Below are positions 18,108 through 24,541 of a stretch of 32,000 nucleotides of DNA, piece by piece. The notes beneath the pieces were generated by a model. It was not told where the DNA came from. It saw only the letters and a program-made list of their open reading frames with translations, and searched no databases. The position numbers and the translations under genes are program-made. Position 1 is the stretch's first letter. The number at the start of each line of letters is the position of its first letter. The DNA comes from Candidatus Saccharimonadota bacterium (GTDB lineage Bacteria; Patescibacteriota; Saccharimonadia; Saccharimonadales; Saccharimonadaceae): assembly GCA_025349965.1 (NCBI GenBank), contig CP075337.1, positions 300,001 through 332,000 of the forward strand, written 5' to 3'.

Positions 18108-18141
18108 AAAAACGCTCCGTGAATTCGGGGCGTTTTTCTTT
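18108..18141 (+). terminator. Rho-independent terminator after rplS
   Basis: aaaaacgctccg-tgaatt-cggggcgttttt followed by a T run; one G-U pair in the stem. Confidence 0.8.
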
Positions 18142-18149
18142 GTTACAAT
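18141..18149 (+). promoter_or_regulatory. Extended -10 (TGtTACAAT) 6 nt upstream of the rnhB ATG
   Basis: TGtTACAATaagtacATG. No SD. Confidence 0.5.
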
Positions 18150-18155
18150 AAGTAC

Positions 18156-19076
18156 ATGATACTTGGGATTGATGAAGTTGGTCGCGGACCTTGGGCGGGT
18201 CCACTTGTCGTTGGTGCGGTAGTGCTGGGTGATGCCCAGATTGAAGGGCTTAATGACAGCAAGCAACTTACCAAGAAAAAACGTGAAGCGCTTGAGCCTG
18301 AAATCTTAGAAAAAGCTTCGGCTACAGGACTGGGATGGGTTTCGGCTGATGAGCTTGATTCATTAGGGCTGAGTGCTGCACTTCGTCTTGCAACAATTCG
18401 TGCCGTCAAAGCCGTGGACGAAGCAAAGATAGCTTATGATGAAATTATCATTGACGGAACAATCAACTTCTTGAGCGATACGCCAAAAGGGAAGTATGTT
18501 GAAACAATGCCAAAAGCTGACGGGCTGATTCCAGCGGTAAGCGCGGCATCAATCATTGCAAAAGTAGCGCGTGATAGATTCATGGAAGCGCAAGACGCTA
18601 CGTATCCGGGGTATTCATTTGGTGCTCATGCGGGCTATGGCACGGAAAAGCACAGGGCTGCAATTGAACTACTTGGTGTGACGCCACTGCATAGATTGAG
18701 TTTCGGGCCATTAAAGAAATACGTCGACACTGAAACCGCAGTTGTTACAACAAAACAGATTGGGGATGCTGCGGAAAATGTCGTAGTAGACCACCTTAAA
18801 GACTTAGGACATACTATTATTGAGCGTAATTGGCGCACCCGGTTCTGTGAGATTGACATTATTTCAGAACAGGACGGCAAACTCTACTTTACAGAAGTGA
18901 AATACAGAAAGAATGACGATTTCGGCGGAAGCGTGGCTGCAATTACACCCAAAAAACTACAGCAAATGAAGTTTGCCGCTGAGCTCTATCTGGCTAATAA
19001 AACTCGCGACACTCCTGCATATCTTGCCACTGGTCTTGTGGACGACGCAACTATTCAATGGATGAAAATTGATTAG
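18156..19076 (+). CDS. rnhB: Ribonuclease HII fused to a C-terminal YraN/UPF0102 (PD-(D/E)xK-type) endonuclease-like domain
   Basis: N-terminus GIDEVGRGPWAGPLVVGAV, IIIDG and SAASIIAKV are RNase HII motifs. Residues ~198-306 (nt ~18747-19073: GDAAENVVVDHLKDLGHTIIERNWRTRFCEIDIISEQDGKLYFTEVKYR) match the YraN pattern. Confidence 0.9.
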   Translation: MILGIDEVGRGPWAGPLVVGAVVLGDAQIEGLNDSKQLTKKKREALEPEILEKASATGLGWVSADELDSLGLSAALRLATIRAVKAVDEAKIAYDEIIIDGTINFLSDTPKGKYVETMPKADGLIPAVSAASIIAKVARDRFMEAQDATYPGYSFGAHAGYGTEKHRAAIELLGVTPLHRLSFGPLKKYVDTETAVVTTKQIGDAAENVVVDHLKDLGHTIIERNWRTRFCEIDIISEQDGKLYFTEVKYRKNDDFGGSVAAITPKKLQQMKFAAELYLANKTRDTPAYLATGLVDDATIQWMKID

Positions 19077-19080
19077 TTGG

Positions 19081-21609
19081 CTAGAGGGACTTCAGTGTTT
19101 CAATAACTGCCGGTCCATCATTCTCAATAAGCATAACGCGCGCCTCAATCTCGGTACTACCAAGCGTAATGACGCGTGAAAGTGATGCATTAGCAAGCAT
19201 GGGCTCGAAGAAAGCCTTATACTCGGCGAACTGCTCTGCCGTCATGAGCCCTGAAGCTGCATACTGCGGGAAGTAATCGTAGCTCTTGTCTCCGCCAAAG
19301 GTTTCCTCAATCCACTGCCAGTGGCTCGTGAGCCAATTCCATGCAGCCGTACGGGCGTAGCGGTTGCGAATCAGGTATGCAAACCAGCGCGCGACGTCTT
19401 GTGGTCGTACGATTGTACTGTCGGTGATGCTCTTTAAGAGTGTCGCGATATCTTCTTCTGAACGAGAGCTCGTTAGTCCGAGGCAGATATCCTGTGCAAG
19501 CTCTGCGTCCTGTGTAGCCGTGTACGCCTCAATAAGATGCTCGGTGATTTCTCCTGTAGTATCATGGCGCACGACACTACTAAGGATGACAGAACGGAGT
19601 TCTGGGTTGAGTGCTTCAAGGCTGTTTTCCTTAAAGCGTCGCTGAGCTTCGGCAATTGCCGCGGCATCTTCACCGTAAAGCATCAGACTAATGATAGTAC
19701 CGCGCAGTTTTTCAGTCTCTGCTGTTTCATTTGGTTGCGACTCCCATCCGAGCGTGTCGTATTGCTTGCGTGCAATCTTAGCAGAAAGTGCACGGAGTGC
19801 TTTCTCGGCTTCTTCATCGGTCTCGACAAACTTACGGAGTTCTGCAAGTGCGAGGGAGATGATTCCCCATACCGGTTCACTTGTTTCATTTTCGTATGCT
19901 TCAAGGATCGGGAGGAGCTCTGCGCTCGCAATGCGTCCGGCACGGGCAAGAAGTGTCATGTCATTAAGAAGGCTGAGACGATCTACCTCGGTCATTGTAC
20001 CTTCCTTAACCTTGCCAAGAAGACGCTCTAAGAGTTCGGGGCTGTAGTGGGTGATAAAGTGCGATGCCGCCCCCACATTAAATTGAAGAGGTGTATCGTG
20101 GTGGCGGTGAATTGTCACTTCGCGCTCACTCAAGATTTCTGGCATTTCTGAGCATGATGAGTTAAGCGGAATTGGCCAAAGCCGGTTTGACGGTTCGTGC
20201 TTGCCAATAAAGAACTGGCTCTGCGTAAGTGTGATATTTTGATCTGCATCACTTGTGACATCAAGGACTGGGTACCCAGGCTGGCTGATCCAGGTATTCA
20301 TCATGCTAACGATATCTTTGCTACTTGCTTTGCCGAGTGCATTCCATAGGTCATCGCCCTCTGTATTGCCGTAGGCGAATTGAGTGAAGTACTCTTTGAG
20401 TCCTACCTGGAAGGCCGTATCGCCAATGTACTGGCGAAGCATGTGAAGGAGGCGAGCGCCCTTTGCGTATACAATTGCGCCGTCAAAAAGCGTACTGATT
20501 TCGTCTGGGTGATTCACGTCCATTTGGACAGACTGCACGCCATCGATGGCGTCACGGCGGAGCGCCATAATGCTTTCATTTGAAGCGAAATCAAGCCAAA
20601 TGTTCCACTCTGGGTGAAGCGCATCAACAGCGATATATTCCATAAGTGTTGCAAAGCTTTCATTGAGCCAAAGGTTATTCCACCACTTCATAGTCACAAG
20701 GTTGCCAAACCATTGGTGGGCGAGCTCATGAGCAATAACGGTCGCAATGTATTGTCGACTCGAAATACTGCTCGTTGCAGGGTCTGCAAGCAGTGCAATT
20801 TCGCGGTAGGTAACGAGACCCCAGTTCTCCATGGCGCCACTTGAGAAATCCGGAAGGGCTACGTGATCTGATTTTGGCAGAGGATAGGGGGTGTCAAAAT
20901 ACTCATCGTAAAATTCAATAGAGCGCGTAGCGATGTCGAGCGCAAAATCGAGACTCTCCGACTTCTGTGCCGGAGTTGCCCATACGTTCACCTCGACGCC
21001 GTTTTTTGTAGTGGCAGTTTTGCTATGCATTTCGCCTATCACCCAAGCAAGCAGATAGGTGCTCATTTTTGGCGTCGTTTCAAAAGTAGTGATGAGCTTA
21101 TCGTTTTCCTGCGACTGCGTCTTAATCGGCATATTTCCAAGCACAGTGATTTCAGGAATTGTTGTAAGCGTTACATCAAAAGTTGCCTTTGCGGCGGGTT
21201 CGTCAACACAGGGAAATACCTCGCGTGCATGGTGGCTTTCAAATTGGGTAGCAATAAGATGCTTCTTATCACCTTCGTGCTCAAAGTAAGCGGGATACAT
21301 ACCATGCATGGCATCGGTTGCAGTGCCGCTAAATGTAATCACAACCGTATGGGTGCCCATATGAACATCTTTGTGGGTAATATGGAGCTCGTCGTTTTCA
21401 TGGTGAGAAAATTCAGCCGTCTTGCCGTCAAAAATAACACTTTCAATCACGAGGTCTTTAGAGTGAAGCGGAAGATACGAAGATTCTTGCATCAACTCGC
21501 CGTTAATCGTTACAACACCGGTGAAGTTTTTGGAAGCGTGATCTATGGCAAGGGAGAGTTCATAATTGCTTGGTAGGAAAATCTGAGATAGTTGTAAAAG
21601 CTGAGTCAT
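19081..21609 (-). CDS. pepN: M1-family aminopeptidase N
   Basis: GAMENWG exopeptidase motif and HELAHQWFGNLVTMKWWNNLWLNESFA zinc site. The start is set at ATG 21609 (MTQLLQLSQ...). The ORF-track extension to 21816 overlaps the divergent gene. Confidence 0.92.
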   Translation of the reverse strand: MTQLLQLSQIFLPSNYELSLAIDHASKNFTGVVTINGELMQESSYLPLHSKDLVIESVIFDGKTAEFSHHENDELHITHKDVHMGTHTVVITFSGTATDAMHGMYPAYFEHEGDKKHLIATQFESHHAREVFPCVDEPAAKATFDVTLTTIPEITVLGNMPIKTQSQENDKLITTFETTPKMSTYLLAWVIGEMHSKTATTKNGVEVNVWATPAQKSESLDFALDIATRSIEFYDEYFDTPYPLPKSDHVALPDFSSGAMENWGLVTYREIALLADPATSSISSRQYIATVIAHELAHQWFGNLVTMKWWNNLWLNESFATLMEYIAVDALHPEWNIWLDFASNESIMALRRDAIDGVQSVQMDVNHPDEISTLFDGAIVYAKGARLLHMLRQYIGDTAFQVGLKEYFTQFAYGNTEGDDLWNALGKASSKDIVSMMNTWISQPGYPVLDVTSDADQNITLTQSQFFIGKHEPSNRLWPIPLNSSCSEMPEILSEREVTIHRHHDTPLQFNVGAASHFITHYSPELLERLLGKVKEGTMTEVDRLSLLNDMTLLARAGRIASAELLPILEAYENETSEPVWGIISLALAELRKFVETDEEAEKALRALSAKIARKQYDTLGWESQPNETAETEKLRGTIISLMLYGEDAAAIAEAQRRFKENSLEALNPELRSVILSSVVRHDTTGEITEHLIEAYTATQDAELAQDICLGLTSSRSEEDIATLLKSITDSTIVRPQDVARWFAYLIRNRYARTAAWNWLTSHWQWIEETFGGDKSYDYFPQYAASGLMTAEQFAEYKAFFEPMLANASLSRVITLGSTEIEARVMLIENDGPAVIETLKSL

Positions 21610-21616
21610 ACTTTCT

Positions 21617-21625
21617 ATTGTAGCA
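21617..21625 (-). promoter_or_regulatory. Extended -10 (TGcTACAAT on the - strand) 7 nt upstream of the pepN ATG
   Basis: The reverse complement reads aaaaTGcTACAATagaaagtATG. Confidence 0.5.
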
Positions 21626-21636
21626 TTTTGGCGTAG

Positions 21637-21642
21637 TAAAAT
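21637..21642 (+). promoter_or_regulatory. -10 box (TAAAAT) 6 nt upstream of the nuclease ATG 21649
   Basis: TAAAATaaggctATG, inside a divergent gap of only 39 bp. Confidence 0.4.
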
Positions 21643-21648
21643 AAGGCT

Positions 21649-22344
21649 ATGAGACGACGGAGGGCAGTTGTGGTGTTGATTGCAATGGCGGCATTTTTGA
21701 CGCTCATTTTCTCTGCGCCCATTGTCTTCCAGGATTTTCTTCACGATACTTTTGCACCACTTTGGGAGAAGGTTATACCCCATGATTCCAACAAAGCAAA
21801 GACGGAAGGTGCCCAAGACTCACTGACAATGCTTGACGCACTGTCCGTGAAGGGGCGCGCACCAAAAACGGGCTATGCGCGGACGGAGTTTGGCAATGGC
21901 TGGGGGAAGATCCAAGGTTGTAGCGTGCGCCAAGTGATTCTCCACCGTGACCTAAAGGATAGTGTCATGAAAGATGAATGCACTGTTCAATCTGGTGTGC
22001 TTGACGACCCATATACCGGCAATGTTATTTACTTTGATCGGTCAAATTCGGCCACTGTACAGATTGACCACGTCGTAGCATTATCTGATGCTTGGCAAAA
22101 AGGCGCGCAGAATCTTTCAAAAGAAAAGCGGGTTGAGTTGGCAAATGACCCCTTAAATTTACTTGCCTCTGACGGTCCGGCTAATCAACAAAAGGGTGAC
22201 GCCGACGCAGCAACATGGCTACCGAAGAATAAAGCATTCCGCTGTGAATATGTAGAACGGCAAGTAGCGGTGAAGTATAAGTACTCGCTCTGGGTGACTG
22301 ATAGTGAAGAGGGGGTAATGCGCGAAGTGCTAAAAACTTGCTAA
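21649..22344 (+). CDS. Secreted or membrane-anchored DUF1524 / His-Me finger (HNH-like) nuclease
   Basis: N-terminal RRRR plus a hydrophobic segment (signal or anchor). IDHVVALSDAWQKGA...ANQQKGD matches the DUF1524 (GmrSD C-terminal-like) nuclease motif. Confidence 0.78.
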   Translation: MRRRRAVVVLIAMAAFLTLIFSAPIVFQDFLHDTFAPLWEKVIPHDSNKAKTEGAQDSLTMLDALSVKGRAPKTGYARTEFGNGWGKIQGCSVRQVILHRDLKDSVMKDECTVQSGVLDDPYTGNVIYFDRSNSATVQIDHVVALSDAWQKGAQNLSKEKRVELANDPLNLLASDGPANQQKGDADAATWLPKNKAFRCEYVERQVAVKYKYSLWVTDSEEGVMREVLKTC

Positions 22345-22357
22345 TACCTAGTAGACT

Positions 22358-22366
22358 TGCTATACT
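22358..22366 (+). promoter_or_regulatory. Extended -10-like element (TGcTATACT) between the nuclease stop and the terminator hairpin
   Basis: Matches the TGnTAnnnT pattern seen at other promoters in this window. Whether it is functional is uncertain. Confidence 0.35.
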
Positions 22367-22379
22367 TACGTTAGTACAT

Positions 22380-22403
22380 TCCGGCCGGCAGGTCGGATTT
22401 TTT
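22380..22403 (+). terminator. Rho-independent terminator (7-bp stem, GGCA loop, T6)
   Basis: tccggcc-ggca-ggtcgga then tttttt. Lies downstream of the nuclease gene and 39 nt upstream of nusA. Confidence 0.8.
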
Positions 22404-22441
22404 ACTACCAGGACAATTTATTTTAATGAAAGGAAACTAAA

Positions 22442-23578
22442 ATGGATGAACTCAATCTAAAGCAGCTTACCCTTGCGGTGCGCACCATTGCTGACGAGAA
22501 GAACCTTCCGGAAGAAACAGTGATGTCTGTGATTGAACAGGCAATTGCTGCTGCATGGCGCCGTGATAACGGTGAGCGTGACCAAGAAGTTCGCGCTGAA
22601 CTTAACGTAAATGACGGGACTGCTGAAGTATTCGTAGGTCGTGAAGTTGTCGAGACTGTTGGAAGCGACGCACACGAAATTAGTCTCGAAGATGCACGCA
22701 AGGTAAAGGCTGACGCTGAACTTGGTGACATCATCGAAGATAAGTACGAGGTAGAAAGCTTTGGCCGTGTGGCTGCGCAGACTGCAAAGCAGGTAGTGCT
22801 CCAGCGTCTTCGTGAAGCTGAACGTGAAGTAGTGCTTGAGGAGTTTGAAGACAAGATCGGTACTGTTGTAACTGGTGTTGTTCAGCGCGTTGAGCCGCGC
22901 GTAGTCCGTGTTGAAATTGGCAAGGTGAGTGGTATTATCCCGCAGAGCGAGCAGATTCAAGGCGAATTCTACAGCGTTGGAAGCCGCATTAAGGTATTCA
23001 TCAAGGATATCGAGCGTGAAAACCGTGGTCCACAGCTTATTCTTAGCCGTGGCAACGAAGCATTTGTTGAATATCTCTTCCGCCAGGAAGTTCCAGAGCT
23101 TGAAACTGGTGCCGTAGAAATCAAGGCAATTGCCCGCGAAGCCGGCCGCCGTACCAAGCTTGCAGTTGCAAGTACCGTTCCTGGTGTTGATCCGGTCGGT
23201 ACATTTGTTGGCGGACACGGTACTCGTGTGCAGGCGGTTATGAATGAAATTGGTGATCAGGAAAAGATCGACATTGTTACTTACGACGAATCACCAGTGC
23301 AATTTATCATCAATGCGTTGAGCCCTGCTGAAATTCTTAAGGTAGAACTTAACGAATCTGCAGAAGAGAAGCGCGCGAAGGTGTATGTTGCTGAAGATCA
23401 GCAGTCAATTGCGATTGGCCGCGGTGGACAGAATGTTCGTCTCGCAAGCCGCCTTACTGGCTACGAGCTTGATATTGAGCAGGGGTCTAATGAACCAGCG
23501 CCAAAGGCTGAAAACAAGCCACGCAAGAATATTGAAGACAGCCTCCTTTCTGCTGTTGAAGAAGTGACTGAAGAGTAA
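22442..23578 (+). CDS. nusA: Transcription termination/antitermination factor NusA (no AR1/AR2 repeats)
   Basis: N-terminal domain, S1 domain (GTVVTGVVQRVEPRVVRVEIG), KH1/KH2 (IGRGGQNVRLASRLTG) and an acidic tail. Confidence 0.95.
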   Translation: MDELNLKQLTLAVRTIADEKNLPEETVMSVIEQAIAAAWRRDNGERDQEVRAELNVNDGTAEVFVGREVVETVGSDAHEISLEDARKVKADAELGDIIEDKYEVESFGRVAAQTAKQVVLQRLREAEREVVLEEFEDKIGTVVTGVVQRVEPRVVRVEIGKVSGIIPQSEQIQGEFYSVGSRIKVFIKDIERENRGPQLILSRGNEAFVEYLFRQEVPELETGAVEIKAIAREAGRRTKLAVASTVPGVDPVGTFVGGHGTRVQAVMNEIGDQEKIDIVTYDESPVQFIINALSPAEILKVELNESAEEKRAKVYVAEDQQSIAIGRGGQNVRLASRLTGYELDIEQGSNEPAPKAENKPRKNIEDSLLSAVEEVTEE

Positions 23579-23706
23579 ATCTTTATTTCACAAAATTAAT
23601 ACGTCTATGGTAATCTTACTGTAGGCGTATTTTTATACGCAATTACAATTTGGCAAAAACGGCCTAACCTGAGTAGTTTTTAAAACGAAAGGCACGGACG
23701 AAAAAT

Positions 23707-23748
23707 CCAGCAAAGAATACCAAACCCGTCGTTAGGTATCTTTGCTGG
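23707..23748. promoter_or_regulatory. Strong 14-bp hairpin (one bulged A, 13-nt loop) in the pilin upstream region; terminator-like only on the - strand
   Basis: ccagcaaag(a)atacc-aaacccgtcgtta-ggtatctttgctgg. The forward strand has aaaaat immediately 5' of it, which reads AUUUUU 3' of the stem on the - strand. Confidence 0.5.
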
Positions 23749-23768
23749 TCATGGTTGGAAACTCCCGT

Positions 23769-23815
23769 GGGGCCGAGAGGTCCGCTTAGCGGCGGGTTTC
23801 GTGTTTCTCGGCTCC
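23769..23815 (+). promoter_or_regulatory. Second hairpin of the pilin leader (10-bp outer stem plus an inner ccgc-tta-gcgg)
   Basis: ggggccgaga / tctcggctcc with one G-U pair. Its interior cgggttt (23793-23799) is complementary to the loop aaacccg (23722-23728) of the first hairpin. Confidence 0.4.
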
Positions 23816-23841
23816 ATAAAATCACACAAGGAGAAATAAGG

Positions 23842-24435
23842 ATGGGGCGATATGAAAATAGTACACGGCAGAGAGGCGTACGAGGGTTTACGATAGTTGA
23901 ACTTCTGATTGTAATAGTTGTTATTGCGATTCTCGCAGTAATTACAGTGACGACGTATAATGGCATTACCCGTAAGGCTGAGGATGCCTCATTGTTGGCG
24001 GTGTTGGATACGTATGAAAAGGCGGTGAGGCTGTACTATTCAACTTACGGAACGTTCCCTTCTACGGAACATCGAGGACTCTGGAGTTGGGTGTGCTTAG
24101 GAGAAGTGTACCCGGAGGAGAACGGCTTTATGCAGGGTGAGTGCGGTATTCAGGGGGTGTCACCCAGTGCGACCGTGGATGAGTCTATAAATATTGCACT
24201 TCGCGAGTTCGTGCAGCCACTTCCGGACACTCATCACATTAAGGTGGGGACTCTAGTTCGTGGATTTACCTATCAGGGGGTGAGCAACCACCCGGTTCAT
24301 GGCTCTACGGCAGCCATAGGCTATTATATTGAAGGAGATAGACCGTGTGGTCGCGGCAAGAAGATGTTAGCATCCGGAAGTCCTGAAGTTCCACAATTCA
24401 CTATGTGCACCTTGACGATAGTAGTAAAAAATTAG
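23842..24435 (+). CDS. Type IV pilin (prepilin with N-terminal cleavage/methylation motif)
   Basis: AAGGAG SD 8 nt upstream. MGRYENSTRQRGVRG|FTIVELLIVIVVIAILAVITV shows G-1, F+1 and E+5. Four Cys residues lie in the C-terminal globular part. The TTG 23755 start in the ORF track is rejected. Confidence 0.88.
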   Translation: MGRYENSTRQRGVRGFTIVELLIVIVVIAILAVITVTTYNGITRKAEDASLLAVLDTYEKAVRLYYSTYGTFPSTEHRGLWSWVCLGEVYPEENGFMQGECGIQGVSPSATVDESINIALREFVQPLPDTHHIKVGTLVRGFTYQGVSNHPVHGSTAAIGYYIEGDRPCGRGKKMLASGSPEVPQFTMCTLTIVVKN

Positions 24436-24458
24436 CACTCACTTGCCCTGAGTGCTAA
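24432..24458. promoter_or_regulatory. CIRCE element (HrcA operator), perfect consensus
   Basis: TTAGCACTC-acttgccct-GAGTGCTAA matches the canonical TTAGCACTC-N9-GAGTGCTAA at 18 of 18 positions. It overlaps the pilin TAG stop codon. Confidence 0.85.
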
Positions 24459-24472
24459 TTCTCTGCTATACT
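24443..24472 (+). promoter_or_regulatory. Candidate clpC promoter (-35 TTGCCC inside the CIRCE spacer, 18-nt gap, extended -10 TGcTATACT)
   Basis: -35-like hexamer at 24443-24448, TGn at 24464-24466, TATACT at 24467-24472. A leader of about 65 nt with a GGAGGA SD precedes ATG 24542. Confidence 0.5.
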
Positions 24473-24541
24473 ATCTATAGGTACCGCAAGAAACAACGTA
24501 TTACGCTTGCGCTTCACCTTTGGAGGATAGATAATAGAATT

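Noticed and set aside
21610-21816. N-terminal extension of the pepN ORF (ORF-track start at 21816)
   Set aside because: The extension overlaps the divergent nuclease gene, is Cys/His/Arg-rich with no similarity to M1 peptidases, and the MTQLLQ start at 21609 has a -10 box at the expected distance.
22457-23218. A 253-aa antisense ORF opposite nusA, and a 143-aa ORF at 22423-22854
   Set aside because: These are shadow frames of a well-supported nusA CDS. Their composition is low-complexity (the 253-aa frame N/F/L/T-rich, the 143-aa frame Ser-rich), with no motifs.
23598-23640. Candidate nusA terminator (aatacgtct...aggcgtatt plus TTT, or gcgtat-tttt-atacgc)
   Set aside because: The first has an AT-rich stem with a 16-nt loop, and the second lacks a downstream T tract. 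Both are plausible but too weak to list as features.
23650-23830. Assignment of the pilin upstream RNA to a known class (c-di-GMP-I/II riboswitch, SRP/4.5S RNA, tmRNA, RNase P, 6S)
   Set aside because: By eye, the conserved cores of these RNAs are absent. Missing features include the GGAA-tetraloop helix 8 of SRP RNA, GAGGAAAGUCC of RNase P, the tRNA-like ends of tmRNA, and the GGCAAA/ACGCAAAGC pair of GEMM-I. The partial resemblance ggacgaaaaatcc is not enough. A covariance-model scan is needed.
24432-24458. The hairpin after the pilin gene, first read as a plain Rho-independent terminator
   Set aside because: It lacks a convincing T tract (ttctct), and the sequence is an exact CIRCE consensus. 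I therefore re-interpreted it as an HrcA operator; a secondary terminator role is not excluded.
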